A stretch of DNA of 64,000 bases from Pseudomonadales bacterium (GCA_041395865.1 JAWKZQ010000006.1:6718-70717), one strand, 5' to 3'; counted from the first letter of the stretch, positions 39,322-49,713 are shown. A program made the numbers and translations. The notes: generated by a model from the letters alone, not told the origin.

Positions 39322-41801
39322 CAGGTGGTTACTTCCCGAACTGTCGACAGATCGCTGGATTGTACTTTGGTCAGGGGTTTATTCAATCTTAATGCATTGA
39401 GTACCACGATTAATGAGCTGGCTGACATGCCCAAGGCGGCGAGGTAGGGGGGAATAAAGCCCAGGGCTGCGGCTGGCAGCGCGAGCAGGTTGTAGCCGAA
39501 AGCCCAGGCCAGGTTTTGTTTAATGACATTGCGTGTTTTACGGGCGTGGCGAATCGCGGTGACCAGGTGCGAGAGCTGGCTGGATAGCAGAATGGCGTCC
39601 GCGTTTGCCTTGGTCAGGTCGGCGGCGCTGGTCATGGCGATGGATACATCGGCCGCGGCCAGTACCGGGATATCGTTGATGCCGTCGCCGACCATCAGTA
39701 CCTTGGCGCCATCGCTTTGCAGAGCCTGGATATAGGTCATTTTATTCATGGGGCTGGCACCGCCCTGGAATTTTTTAATCCCCAGGTTGTTGGCAACATT
39801 AGCGACATTGCTGGAATAATCGCCACTCAGCAATTCAACTTGCAGGCCAAGCGTTTCAAGTTGCTGGATGGTGGCTTTCGCATCATCGCGGACTTCGTCG
39901 TCCAGCTGGAACCAGGCCATGGCGCCTTGGCTGCCGGTTAAGAGGAGCCATTGTGCGTGATCGATATCGACGGGGCTGGCGACTTGATGGGGGGATAGCC
40001 CGCACAGGTCCATCGCAAAATCCGGGCGACCCAGACGATAGTGTTCTCCCTCAACGATACCTTCGATGCCTTGCCCAGGATGCACCTTGACCTCGAACGC
40101 CTGCAATGAGCTGGCTTCAAAGGCTGCGGCAATCGGATGTTCCGAATGAGCTTCCAGCGCACTGGCGACTTGGTGACACTGGTGGCGCGAGTGATCTCCC
40201 AATGGTTGCACCTGCAGCATGCGAAGGTGGCCGGTGGTGAGTGTGCCGGTTTTATCGAAAATAACGTGGCTAATCTGGGTCAGGCCCTCCAGGGTATGGG
40301 CGCGGCTTACCAACAGGCCAAGGCGTTGCAGGCTGGCCGTGGCCGCAGTCAGTGCGGTTGGCGTGGCCAGCGAGAGCGCACAGGGACAGGTGACGACCAG
40401 AACGGAAAGGGTAATCCAGAAGGCGTGTTCGGGTGCGATAAAAGTCCAGGCGGTGGCAACGGTCGTGGCAAGCACCAGTACGATGGCGATAAAGTATTGA
40501 GCAATTTTATCGGCCAGTTGCGCGATGGGCGGTTTGGTGGCCCGGGCCTGGTCCAGCAACCGTAAAATGCCGGATAAGCGGGTGTTTTGCCCTACTTCGG
40601 TTATTTCAATGGTGAGCGGGTGTTCGACGTTGATGCTGCCGGCAACGACCTGGTCTCCTGGCGCTTTGGCAACGGGAATAAACTCGCCGTTTAAATGGGA
40701 TTCGTCGGTACTGCTGTGGCCACTGGTAATAATGCCGTCCGCGGGGATGATCTGTGCTGTTTTTACCAGGATGCTGTCGCCCGGCTTAAGGTCGCGTATG
40801 GCAACCAGGCGTTGTCCGCCGCTTTCCAGCAGGGTGGCGGTTTCCGGAAGTAAGCGCGATAGCCTGTGACTGCTTTGATCCATGCGGGTACGGGCGCGAA
40901 ACTCGAAAAAGCGGCCCAGCAGCAGGAAAAACGTAAACATACAGACGGAGTCGAAATAAACTTCGCGGCCGCCCAGTAGGGTTGAACCGACACTGGCGGA
41001 ATAGGCCGCCAGAATCGCGAGCGATACCGGAACATCCATGCTCAGGTGGCGATTGCGCAGGTTGCGCAGTGCGGCACTGAAGAAAGGACGGGCCGAGTAG
41101 AAAACCACGGGCGTGGTGATGAGCAGGCTGATCCAGCGCAGGAAGTCGCGGTGCTCTCCGCTGATGTAGTCAAAGGCGCCGGCATAAAGCGCGGCGGCGT
41201 ACATCATTACTTGGGCCATACCGGCACCGGCCACGCCGAGACGGCGAATGTAATTGCGGTTTTCGGTTTTTTGCAGCTTATCTTCGGCTGCACTTTGGTA
41301 CGGTTGCGCCTTGTAACCAATGCTGTAGACGGCGCCCAGAATTTCGCTCAGCTTGATCTGGTCGCTGAGCCAACTGACACGGAGCTGGTGGTTACTGAGG
41401 TTGACGTTACACTGCTTGACGCCTTCCAGCTGGTTCAGCTGGTGCTCTATCAGCCAGGTACAGGCTGCGCAGGTAATGCCCTCGACAAGGAATGCCGCTT
41501 CGGCAAGTTTCGGGTTGCCTTTATCGTAGGTAACAAAGTCGTTTTGGATGTCGTGGCGGTCATACAGGGCCAGCTCGTCCAGCAACGCGTCTTCCAGGGG
41601 TTTGGGTGTGACGGCCAGGTCGGTGCGATACTGGTAATACTGATCCAGCCCCGTAGCGATGATGGTGCTGGCGACCGCTTGGCAGCCGGGACAGCACATT
41701 GGGCGTTCGATACCTTCAATCTGGACGCTGTAATCGGCGCCGGCCGGTACAGGCAGGCCGCAGTGATAACAGTCTGTAACGGGTTTTTCAGGTCTACTCA
41801 T
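39321..41801 (-). CDS. ccoI: copper-translocating P1B-type ATPase CcoI/FixI
   Basis: N-terminal CYHCGLPV and HMA GITCAACTW. CPC (VVTCPCALSLATP), DKTGTLT, GDGINDIP. Confidence 0.9.
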   Translation of the reverse strand: MSRPEKPVTDCYHCGLPVPAGADYSVQIEGIERPMCCPGCQAVASTIIATGLDQYYQYRTDLAVTPKPLEDALLDELALYDRHDIQNDFVTYDKGNPKLAEAAFLVEGITCAACTWLIEHQLNQLEGVKQCNVNLSNHQLRVSWLSDQIKLSEILGAVYSIGYKAQPYQSAAEDKLQKTENRNYIRRLGVAGAGMAQVMMYAAALYAGAFDYISGEHRDFLRWISLLITTPVVFYSARPFFSAALRNLRNRHLSMDVPVSLAILAAYSASVGSTLLGGREVYFDSVCMFTFFLLLGRFFEFRARTRMDQSSHRLSRLLPETATLLESGGQRLVAIRDLKPGDSILVKTAQIIPADGIITSGHSSTDESHLNGEFIPVAKAPGDQVVAGSINVEHPLTIEITEVGQNTRLSGILRLLDQARATKPPIAQLADKIAQYFIAIVLVLATTVATAWTFIAPEHAFWITLSVLVVTCPCALSLATPTALTAATASLQRLGLLVSRAHTLEGLTQISHVIFDKTGTLTTGHLRMLQVQPLGDHSRHQCHQVASALEAHSEHPIAAAFEASSLQAFEVKVHPGQGIEGIVEGEHYRLGRPDFAMDLCGLSPHQVASPVDIDHAQWLLLTGSQGAMAWFQLDDEVRDDAKATIQQLETLGLQVELLSGDYSSNVANVANNLGIKKFQGGASPMNKMTYIQALQSDGAKVLMVGDGINDIPVLAAADVSIAMTSAADLTKANADAILLSSQLSHLVTAIRHARKTRNVIKQNLAWAFGYNLLALPAAALGFIPPYLAALGMSASSLIVVLNALRLNKPLTKVQSSDLSTVREVTT

Positions 41802-42318
41802 TCGAGACCGGATCGGTTGATCCCCGGTGTGCCAGTGTCAGTGTGTCCTGGCGGGGGAACACGCCTTCCCCGGTCAGGCGCCAGTCCCGGTCGGTCGGCT
41901 CCAGCGTGATGTAGAAGCGGCCCTTCGGCTGTTCCTGAAGCGAGCTCATGAAGAGGCTGTCGCTGACGGCTTTCAGTTCGTAGGTGCGATCCAGGGCGGC
42001 ATCGTCGGGTGCGGAAATGAGCAGTGTCAATTTGTCTACCGTGTCATATTTGCCAGCCAGGTAGACGGTTACTTTACCGGTTTCCTCGGAAAACAACAGG
42101 TTTGCCTGCATGCCTAACTCAGAAGCATGCCGGTCCTGTCTGATCCTGTCGTTGATGCTAAGTCCTTCCTGATAGTAGTTCTCTTCTACCAGGTTAGGCT
42201 GGTTCTGTACGGCGAGATAAATCGTATAGAAACTGGCGATTACCGCGGTGGCTGGCAGGGCAATTAAAAACCAGGGCCAGAATTGTCGATACCAGGGTTG
42301 GGTTTGGGGAGTGTTCAA
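41794..42318 (-). CDS. ccoH: CcoH/FixH-family cbb3 oxidase assembly protein
   Basis: N-terminal WYRQFWPWFLIALP TM segment typical of FixH. Lies between ccoG and ccoI and overlaps the ccoI start by 8 nt. Confidence 0.8.
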   Translation of the reverse strand: MNTPQTQPWYRQFWPWFLIALPATAVIASFYTIYLAVQNQPNLVEENYYQEGLSINDRIRQDRHASELGMQANLLFSEETGKVTVYLAGKYDTVDKLTLLISAPDDAALDRTYELKAVSDSLFMSSLQEQPKGRFYITLEPTDRDWRLTGEGVFPRQDTLTLAHRGSTDPVSNE

Positions 42319-42393
42319 TACAGCTTACTCTATTGGTTAAATGGTGAAGGCCCGGTAAACCGGGCCTTGGCAACCGGGCTTTTGCGCATCAAT

Positions 42394-43821
42394 TTACCGC
42401 ACTGCCGGGCCGATAAAGCGCGATTCTTCGCTCACTTCGGCACTTTCGTCCAGGGTGTTAACCTTGAATTCGATTGGCATATTGGTTTGCGGCATGTGTA
42501 CCGGGTCAATCTGAGCCCGTAATGTTACCTCAATCAGCTCCCCTGAGGCCACATCAAGGCGTGTGTCTCCCTTTAATTCCAGACCATCAATACCTGAAAC
42601 GCTGATTAGATAGGTTTGGTTTTCTTGACTCTTATTGAGCACCTTGAGGGTATAGCTGTTTTCAATCAGGCCATCCAGCGTTGTGTTATAGAGCGTGCTG
42701 CGGTCACGGATGATATCCAGTTCCAGGGTGGCGCGGTTCAGGATGGTAGCAGCGAACACGCCAATCATAATGACCAGGACTGCGCCATAACCGATCAGTT
42801 TGGGACGTAATTTATGCTCGGTTTTGTGCTCAAGTTTGTTCTCGGTGGTGTACCGGATCAGGCCTCGCGGGTACTCCATTTTGTCCATAACCTCGTTACA
42901 GGCATCAATACAGAGGGCGCAGTTAATACACTCGTATTGCAGGCCGTCACGAATATCAATGCCGACCGGGCAAACCTGTACGCACATCTGGCAATCGATA
43001 CAGTCACCGAGGCCTTCGGCTTTATAATCAGCCTCTTTCTTGCGGGCGCCACGTGACTCGCCACGCTCCGGGTCGTAGGAAACGATCAGGGTATCCCGAT
43101 CGAACATGGCTGACTGGAAACGTGCGTAGGGGCACATGTATTTACAAACCTGCTCGCGCAACCAGCCGGCGTTACCATAGGTGGCGAAGGTGAAGAAGAA
43201 AATCCAGAAAGCTTCCCAGGGCCCCAGGTTAAAGGTCAGCATGTTGGGAAGCAGCTCGCGAATAGGGCTGAAGTAACCCACGAAAGTCAGGCCGGTTAGC
43301 AATGCAAAGCCCAGCCACATGCTATGCTTCAGGGTTTTGCGCAGGATTTTGTTAACCGACCAGGGGGATTTGTCCATTTTTATCCGCTGGTTACGGCTGC
43401 CTTCGGCCACCTGTTCTGCCCACATGAAAATACTGGTCCAGACGGTCTGTGGACAGGTGTAGCCACACCATACGCGGCCCAGCCAGGTTGTGACGAAGAA
43501 CAGGGCAAAGGCAGAAATAATCAAGGTGGCTGCCAGCAGGATAAAATCCTTGGGCCAGAAGGTCAGTTCAACAATGTGGAACTGACGGTTGGGTAAATCG
43601 AAAAATACGGATTGGCGGCCATCCCAGTTGATCCAGGGCAGCAGGAAATAACCCAGTAGCAGAGGCCAGCCCGTGTAGAGGCGTACCTTCTGGTAGAAAC
43701 CGGATATTTTGCGGGTGTAGATTTTTTCGCGCTTTTCGTAAAGGTTAAATTCTTCGGTTTCAGCGTGCTTGACGGCACTGTCTGTTTGGTCAACGTCCTG
43801 AAGGGGGATTTTATCGTTCAT
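42394..43821 (-). CDS. ccoG: cytochrome c oxidase accessory protein CcoG (4Fe-4S ferredoxin-type membrane protein)
   Basis: CGYTCPQ, plus CIDCQMCVQVCP and CINCALCIDAC ferredoxin motifs. N-terminal TM helices. Confidence 0.9.
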   Translation of the reverse strand: MNDKIPLQDVDQTDSAVKHAETEEFNLYEKREKIYTRKISGFYQKVRLYTGWPLLLGYFLLPWINWDGRQSVFFDLPNRQFHIVELTFWPKDFILLAATLIISAFALFFVTTWLGRVWCGYTCPQTVWTSIFMWAEQVAEGSRNQRIKMDKSPWSVNKILRKTLKHSMWLGFALLTGLTFVGYFSPIRELLPNMLTFNLGPWEAFWIFFFTFATYGNAGWLREQVCKYMCPYARFQSAMFDRDTLIVSYDPERGESRGARKKEADYKAEGLGDCIDCQMCVQVCPVGIDIRDGLQYECINCALCIDACNEVMDKMEYPRGLIRYTTENKLEHKTEHKLRPKLIGYGAVLVIMIGVFAATILNRATLELDIIRDRSTLYNTTLDGLIENSYTLKVLNKSQENQTYLISVSGIDGLELKGDTRLDVASGELIEVTLRAQIDPVHMPQTNMPIEFKVNTLDESAEVSEESRFIGPAVR

Positions 43822-44202
43822 TGATATTTTGCCTCGTATGCCTATTCACCGAAGATGTATTGTTTTACGCCACTCCATGCCTTCAGTAGGGCTGGCGTAC
43901 CATGAGCCTTGGCGGCTTGGTTTTGCAGTTGCGGGCGTACTTTACGTTGAAAGCCTTTAATCATAAATTGGAAAAAAAGAATTTCATTGTTTCCAAAAAT
44001 GACGCAATTGTTATTATTTTTTCGTGCTGAATTTGTACTCCGTAATCTCACTTAAGGTATGCGCTAAGTCCTTGACCTATCAAATGCTTATCAAGCCCGT
44101 TTTGGCTCGCAGAACTCAATTGGCTGGCTGAATTCTAGGGGCAATCAAAAGTGACCGCAAGGCCGGACTTTGATCCACTTGGCATAGATCAAGAATGATA
44201 CC

Positions 44203-44913
44203 TTAACTGGCCAGAAAAGGCCCAATTACCGGAACAATCAGGCTGACGATGATGGCTGTCAGTATCATGGTCATAACTGCAATCGCACCGCACACAGGAC
44301 CCGCCTGGAAGGCTCGTTGTGTGCCAATGGCATGTGATGTAAAACCCAGTGCAACGCCTTTGATCCTGGGGTCATTGATTTTCAGTTTTTTTAAGAGTGG
44401 CGGGCCTATAAGAGCACCACTGATCCCTGTGACCATAACCAATGCGGCGGCTAGCGCTGGGTTACCCTTCAGCAGGCTGTTAACGCTCAGGGCAATCGGG
44501 GTGGTTACCGACTTGGTTGATAATGCAATACGTGAGCTGTCGGTTGCGTCCATGCAGGTCGTGATGGCCCAGATCAGTACCAGGTTGGCAATAAGGCAGC
44601 ATACAACGGTAAGGAGAATTGCGCCGATCCAGGGCTTTATTATCGGCAGGTTCCGATAAAGAGGAACGGCCAGCGATACCACTGCCGGTCCAATTAACCA
44701 ATCCAGCGGTTGATTGGCGCTTGCGTAATCCTGGTAAGGGATTCCCGATACCAATAAGACTGCGATAACCAGGAGTACGCTGACGGTAAGAGGGTGCGAT
44801 AAGCCGTTGCAAGGCAGTTTTTTGTTGATCAGGTTTGATAAAACAAAGACACCCGCGGTTAGCAGAAGCAACGCGGGTTTTGCGTCTGACAATGATAACA
44901 GGGGGCTGGGCAT
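44203..44913 (-). CDS. LrgB/CidB-family membrane protein
   Basis: 236 aa polytopic. Conserved SVTTPIA motif. 1-nt overlap with the upstream LrgA-like gene. Confidence 0.8.
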   Translation of the reverse strand: MPSPLLSLSDAKPALLLLTAGVFVLSNLINKKLPCNGLSHPLTVSVLLVIAVLLVSGIPYQDYASANQPLDWLIGPAVVSLAVPLYRNLPIIKPWIGAILLTVVCCLIANLVLIWAITTCMDATDSSRIALSTKSVTTPIALSVNSLLKGNPALAAALVMVTGISGALIGPPLLKKLKINDPRIKGVALGFTSHAIGTQRAFQAGPVCGAIAVMTMILTAIIVSLIVPVIGPFLAS

Positions 44914-45308
44914 CAGCGATTACCGACTTCAGGCGTTATGCTTTCCGGTTGTAGCGTACCGGTCAGTCTGCCAAGCAGCCAGGCGGCCAGGCAGAACGAA
45001 AAGGGGAGGGTGATCGCCAGGGTCAGGAGAATCACCCATGCGTCCCGGGCCATCAACTGGAAACAGGTCATAATGCCCACGCAACCGGGAATCAGGATCA
45101 GCGAAAGGTAATCGATCAGGAGGTTGCTGCCGGAGAGGATTCTATGGGATACCTGCCCTCGCCAGGACAGGTAGATAAACAGGTAGAGCATACCCAGGAT
45201 GGAGCCGGGTACAGGGAGCTGGGTTGCACTCTGGGTCCACTGCCCGAGGCAATAAAAAAGAATGAGGTACAGCAACCCCGCCAGCGTGTTGGTGATGGTA
45301 TGGATCAT
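44913..45308 (-). CDS. CidA/LrgA-family holin-like membrane protein
   Basis: 131 aa with 4 TM helices (LPVPGSILGMLYLF motif), paired with the LrgB-like gene. Confidence 0.8.
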   Translation of the reverse strand: MIHTITNTLAGLLYLILFYCLGQWTQSATQLPVPGSILGMLYLFIYLSWRGQVSHRILSGSNLLIDYLSLILIPGCVGIMTCFQLMARDAWVILLTLAITLPFSFCLAAWLLGRLTGTLQPESITPEVGNR

Positions 45309-45375
45309 TTTGGTTTGTGACTGCTCTTCCAGATTGGTGAGCGGTGTACTTTATGCAAAAAAGATTGTTTGATAT

Positions 45376-46344
45376 ATGGACGCAAAGAATATAATTGTTT
45401 CCATAATTTATAAAATAAGTTTTCTCGGGGGCGTCAAGTTGAATATTGCGGATCGCATTCTATTGTTCCACAAGGTGGTTGAGGCGGGCTCGTTCAGTCA
45501 GGCGGCAACGCGCGTTGGATTAACCAACTCGGTTGTGAGTAAACACATCGCCCAGCTCGAAGAGCATTTGGGGGTACAGCTGCTGTTCAGGACGACTCGG
45601 CGCCTGCAGCTTACCGAGGCTGGTCGTTTGCTGTATCAGCATGCCAACGATGTTGAGCAAAGCATTGAAAGTGCGGTTAAGGCGGTCACGGAGGTGAGCA
45701 GTGAACCTGCCGGCACGCTGTCCCTGACTGTGCCCACCATTTCAGGGGAACACCTGATTACGGATATCGTGACTGAATTTTGTCAGCTCTATCCCAAAGT
45801 AAATATCGAGCTCAGGTTGGAAGACCACATGGTTGACCTGGTGGCTGAGGGTGTCGATTTGGCAATACGCACCGCGAGCCTCGCTGACTCGACCTTGATC
45901 GCCAGGCTGCTGTTGCAATCGAAATGGGTGGTGAGCGCCAGCCCTGACTATCTTGAGAAGTATGGCGCCCCTAAAAAACCTCAGGACCTCATCAATCATA
46001 ATTGCCTGACCTACACCTATATGGAAACCGGCAGTAATGTTTGGCTTTTCAAGGAGCGCGGGCGTGAGTATGGGCTGAAGGTCTCCGGATGCATTACCTC
46101 AAATAACCAAAAAGCGCTGAGAAATGCCGCTGTAACGGGCTACGGCGTAATTTATACCCCTAAATTGCTGGTTTACGAAGATCTGCAGTGTGGCAGACTG
46201 GTTGAGGTGCTCGGTGAGTATTCCTCTAAAGAGCTGCCCGTCTATATTGTGTATCCCTACAGTAAATATTTGCCGGAAAAAACGCGGGTTTTTATCGACT
46301 TTATTGCCAAGTGCTACGAGAGCAAGAAACCGTTTTTCAAATAA
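45376..46344 (+). CDS. LysR-family transcriptional regulator (divergent from the lrgAB-like pair)
   Basis: wHTH FHKVVEAGSFSQAATRVGLTNSVVSKHIAQLEEHLGVQLLFRTTRR. The in-frame TTG at 45439 would give a more typical N-terminus. Confidence 0.85.
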   Translation: MDAKNIIVSIIYKISFLGGVKLNIADRILLFHKVVEAGSFSQAATRVGLTNSVVSKHIAQLEEHLGVQLLFRTTRRLQLTEAGRLLYQHANDVEQSIESAVKAVTEVSSEPAGTLSLTVPTISGEHLITDIVTEFCQLYPKVNIELRLEDHMVDLVAEGVDLAIRTASLADSTLIARLLLQSKWVVSASPDYLEKYGAPKKPQDLINHNCLTYTYMETGSNVWLFKERGREYGLKVSGCITSNNQKALRNAAVTGYGVIYTPKLLVYEDLQCGRLVEVLGEYSSKELPVYIVYPYSKYLPEKTRVFIDFIAKCYESKKPFFK

Positions 46345-46413
46345 AGTTGGCGCCGGCTGGCGAAAGGAGGAGGCTTTAAACGACTTGCTGGGGTGCGAAG
46401 GGGAGAGAAGGGT

Positions 46414-46441
46414 GACTCACCGAGCGGATGCTCGGTGAGTC
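46414..46441. terminator. 12-bp perfect hairpin between the convergent LysR gene and ccoP
   Basis: GACTCACCGAGC-GGAT-GCTCGGTGAGTC. There is no strong T-tract, so terminator function is inferred. Confidence 0.55.
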
Positions 46442-46462
46442 GGTAGTTTGAATAACAACTAA

Positions 46463-47353
46463 TTATTCTTTGTTAGACAAGCTATAAACGTAGGCCGCTA
46501 CCAAGTGGGCTTTATCGTTGCCCAGGAAGTCCTTGTGGGCTGGCATGTTGCCAACACGACCGTTACGGATGGAGTGACGAATTTGCTCGATGGAGCCACC
46601 GTACAGCCAAACGTTGTCGGACAGGTTAGGCGCGCCCAGCGCTTGGTTGCCCTTGCCTTCGGTGCCGTGACAGGCCGCACAGTAAGTGGTGAACACTTGC
46701 TCGCCGTTTGCAGCCAACGCTGTATCGACTTCACGTCCGCTCAGGCTGGCAACATGCTCGGCAACCGCTTTAACGTTGTCTTCGCCGATGATTGGCAGCC
46801 AGGCAGGCATTGCGCCGCTGCGACCATTCATGATGGTTTCTTTGATGCGTTCGCCTGCGCCGCCCCATAGCCAGTCGTTATCGGTCAGGTTAGGGAAGCC
46901 GTAAGCACCGGTTGCCGCGGAACCGTGACAAACGGAACAGTAGCTGGCGAAGATGCGTTGGCCGGATTGCAGGGCGTCCTTGTTTTTAGCCAGTTCTTCA
47001 ATCGGCTGAGCCGCATAACCGGCGTACAGAGAAGCAAACTTCTCTTCGGCTTCCTGTACTTCCTCTTCCCAGGCGCCTTCCTGTGTCCAGCCCAGCACGC
47101 CCTTGAAGGTGCCTAGGCCGGGGTACAGCACCAGGTAAACAAGCGCAAAAACGATTGTGATGACAAAACCCTGGAACCACCAGCGTGGCAGTGGGTTGTC
47201 GTACTCTTCAATGCCGTCATAGGCATGGCCGGTAGTGGATACATCTTCGCCGGCGTTTTTCATACCTTTGCGGTTGCCAAAAAGAAGCCAGGTACAAAAC
47301 GCAATTGTGCCTAAGGTAATGATTGTAATCCATGCGCTCCAGAAACTACTCAT
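46463..47353 (-). CDS. ccoP: cytochrome c oxidase cbb3-type subunit III (diheme)
   Basis: Two heme c motifs (CSVCHG, CAACHG). N-terminal TM helix. ATG at 47353 (MSSFWSAWITII) overlaps the ccoQ stop. Confidence 0.9.
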   Translation of the reverse strand: MSSFWSAWITIITLGTIAFCTWLLFGNRKGMKNAGEDVSTTGHAYDGIEEYDNPLPRWWFQGFVITIVFALVYLVLYPGLGTFKGVLGWTQEGAWEEEVQEAEEKFASLYAGYAAQPIEELAKNKDALQSGQRIFASYCSVCHGSAATGAYGFPNLTDNDWLWGGAGERIKETIMNGRSGAMPAWLPIIGEDNVKAVAEHVASLSGREVDTALAANGEQVFTTYCAACHGTEGKGNQALGAPNLSDNVWLYGGSIEQIRHSIRNGRVGNMPAHKDFLGNDKAHLVAAYVYSLSNKE

Positions 47354-47525
47354 GGTTGGATTTCTCCTGATCGGATTTATTATTTGTGTCTTCGTCGGCA
47401 AAAGGTAGCTGCGCGGCCTCATCAAAACGTTTCTTTCTTTTTGAGCTGTATGCCCAGTAGCAAACCCCAAGGAAAGTGATCATGACGAGTAGTGTTGTAA
47501 TACCGCGAAGGTCTGTTGCGTCCAT
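47346..47525 (-). CDS. ccoQ: cbb3-type cytochrome oxidase subunit CcoQ (59 aa; below the ORF-track size cut-off)
   Basis: Hand translation: MDATDLRGITTLLVMITFLGVCYWAYSSKRKKRFDEAAQLPFADEDTNNKSDQEKSNHE. One TM helix plus the WAYSSKRK...EAAxLPFADE motif. Lies between ccoO and ccoP. Confidence 0.8.
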   Translation of the reverse strand: MDATDLRGITTLLVMITFLGVCYWAYSSKRKKRFDEAAQLPFADEDTNNKSDQEKSNHE

Positions 47526-47540
47526 TATATTTAACCGCTC

Positions 47541-48149
47541 TTAACGTTTGGTCTGAATGACGGTGCCAAGTTGCTGCAGGTAAGCAACCAGCGCTTCAAT
47601 TTCAGTTTTACCTTTCACTGCATCCTTAGCGCCGGCAATGGCTTCATCGGTAAATGGAACACCAACAGTGCGAAGGGCTTCCATCTTCTTGGCAGTGTCG
47701 TTACCGCTCAGTTTTTTCTCGAACAGCCATGGGAATTTCGGCATGTTTGATTCAGGCACTACGTCACGCGGGTTGTACAGGTGAGCGCGGTGCCATTCGT
47801 CACTGTAGCGACCGCCAACACGAGCCAGGTCAGGACCGGTACGCTTGGAACCCCACAGGAAGGGGTGGTCGTAAACACTTTCGCCGGCGACTGAGTAGTG
47901 GCCGTAACGCTCGGTTTCAGCCCGGAATGGGCGGATCATCTGGCTGTGGCAAACATTACAACCCTCACGGATGTAAATGTCGCGACCTTCCAGTTGAAGC
48001 GCGTTCAGTGGCTTGAGGCCTTCTACGGGCTCAGTGGTTTGTTTAATGAAAAACAAAGGGACGATTTCAGCCAGGCCGCCAAGGCTGATCACAATGACCA
48101 TCAGGACGGCCATCAGGCCAAGGTTTTTTTCTACAATTTCATGATTCAT
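47541..48149 (-). CDS. ccoO: cytochrome c oxidase cbb3-type subunit II (monoheme)
   Basis: 202 aa. N-terminal TM helix and heme motif CNVCHSQ. Confidence 0.95.
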   Translation of the reverse strand: MNHEIVEKNLGLMAVLMVIVISLGGLAEIVPLFFIKQTTEPVEGLKPLNALQLEGRDIYIREGCNVCHSQMIRPFRAETERYGHYSVAGESVYDHPFLWGSKRTGPDLARVGGRYSDEWHRAHLYNPRDVVPESNMPKFPWLFEKKLSGNDTAKKMEALRTVGVPFTDEAIAGAKDAVKGKTEIEALVAYLQQLGTVIQTKR

Positions 48150-48161
48150 GGTAACTAATCC

Positions 48162-49598
48162 TTAGGCTACGGCTTCGGTGCCGGTTGCAGCGGCAGGTCG
48201 TGGTGCTTTGGCGGTCTTGTAAACGTTGTAAGCCATTACCAGCATACCGGACAGGAAGATGGCGCCACCGATGACGCGGATCATGTGGCCCGGGTAGCTG
48301 GCATCAACCGATTCCACGAAGCTGTAGGTTAATGTGCCGTCGTTGTTGAATGCACGCCACATCAGGCCCTGCATGATGCCGTTCACCCACATGGCAGCGA
48401 TGTACAGAACGGTACCGATGGTAGCCAGCCAGAAGTGCACGTTGATCAGGCCTTGGCTGTACATCTCACCGCTTTTGCGGCCGAACATGACAGGGATCAG
48501 GTGGTAGATAGAGCCGATGGAAACCATGGCTACCCAGCCCAGTGCGCCAGAGTGCACGTGACCGATGGTCCAGTCAGTGTAGTGAGACAGGGCGTTTACA
48601 GTCTTGATCGCCATCATCGGGCCTTCGAAGGTAGACATACCGTAGAAGGACAGGGAAACCACCAGGAACTTCAGGATTGGGTCAGTACGCAGTTTTTCCC
48701 AGGCGCCTGACAGGGTCATGATGCCGTTGATCATGCCGCCCCAGGAAGGAGCCAGCAGAATCAGGGACATGATCATGCCCAGAGATTGAGTCCAGTTTGG
48801 CAGCGCTGTGTAGTGCAGGTGGTGTGGGCCTGCCCAGATGTAAGTACAGATCAGCGCCCAGAAGTGAACGATAGACAGACGGTAAGAGTAAACAGGGCGT
48901 TCAGCTTGCTTGGGTACGAAGTAGTACATCATGCCCAGGAAGCCTGCAGTCAGGAAGAAGCCTACCGCATTGTGGCCATACCACCACTGGACCATTGCAT
49001 CAGCTGCACCGGCATACATGGAGTAGGATTTGGTCAGCGTTACAGGGATTGCCATGCTGTTAACGATGTGCAGAACAGCAACCGTCAGGATGAAGCCGCC
49101 AAAAAACCAGTTCGCTACGTAGATGTGCTTGGCTTTCCGTTTCGTGATTGTGCCAAAGAACACAATTGCGTAGGAAACCCACACTATCGCGATCAACAGG
49201 TCAATTGGCCATTCCAGCTCGGCGTATTCCTTGGAGCTGGTGTAGCCCATCGGCAGTGTGATAACTGCGAGAATAATGACAAGTTGCCAACCCCAGAAGG
49301 TGAACTTGGCCAGCCCAGGCGCGAACAGTCGTGTTTGACAGGTGCGCTGCACAACGTAATAGGAGGTGGCGAACAGTGCGCAGCCGCCGAACGCAAAAAT
49401 AACGGCATTGGTGTGCAGTGGGCGCAGACGACCGAAGGACAGCCACTCCAGGTTGGTATACATGACATTTGGGAAGGCCAGTTGGGAGGCAACAAAAACG
49501 CCAACCGTCATACCAACGATACCCCAGACAACTGTCATAATGGCGAACTTACGGACTACGCCGTAATCATAGTTTGGATGCTCTGTTGTGGTACTCAT
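48162..49598 (-). CDS. ccoN: cytochrome c oxidase cbb3-type subunit I
   Basis: Heme-copper oxidase subunit I fold with 12+ TM helices and conserved His residues ([28 protein letters not shown]). ATG at 49598. Confidence 0.95.
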   Translation of the reverse strand: MSTTTEHPNYDYGVVRKFAIMTVVWGIVGMTVGVFVASQLAFPNVMYTNLEWLSFGRLRPLHTNAVIFAFGGCALFATSYYVVQRTCQTRLFAPGLAKFTFWGWQLVIILAVITLPMGYTSSKEYAELEWPIDLLIAIVWVSYAIVFFGTITKRKAKHIYVANWFFGGFILTVAVLHIVNSMAIPVTLTKSYSMYAGAADAMVQWWYGHNAVGFFLTAGFLGMMYYFVPKQAERPVYSYRLSIVHFWALICTYIWAGPHHLHYTALPNWTQSLGMIMSLILLAPSWGGMINGIMTLSGAWEKLRTDPILKFLVVSLSFYGMSTFEGPMMAIKTVNALSHYTDWTIGHVHSGALGWVAMVSIGSIYHLIPVMFGRKSGEMYSQGLINVHFWLATIGTVLYIAAMWVNGIMQGLMWRAFNNDGTLTYSFVESVDASYPGHMIRVIGGAIFLSGMLVMAYNVYKTAKAPRPAAATGTEAVA

Positions 49599-49699
49599 TA
49601 ATTTCCCTGTATATAGACAAAGAGATGAGGTGGATATTAATGCGCGACGCACCATTGGTACGACGTATGCGCATCATACGTGCGACAAAATGTCGCAGC

Positions 49700-49713
49700 T
49701 TGATTTAAGTCAA
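49700..49713. promoter_or_regulatory. FNR/Anr box upstream of ccoN
   Basis: TTGATTTAAGTCAA (TTGAT-N4-GTCAA), centred about 108 nt upstream of the ccoN ATG. Confidence 0.65.

Noticed and set aside
43842-44051. 69-aa minus-strand ORF upstream of ccoG
   Set aside because: It is AT-rich and low-complexity (KNNNN), has no RBS, and lies in the expected ccoG promoter region. No support as a gene.
44168-44190. FNR-like site TTGATCCACTTGGCATAGATCAA downstream of the lrgB-like gene
   Set aside because: The half-sites are 13 nt apart instead of 4. The internal alternatives (TTGAT-N4-TTGGC and TTGGC-N4-ATCAA) each have a poor half-site. The position is about 360 nt from the ccoG start.
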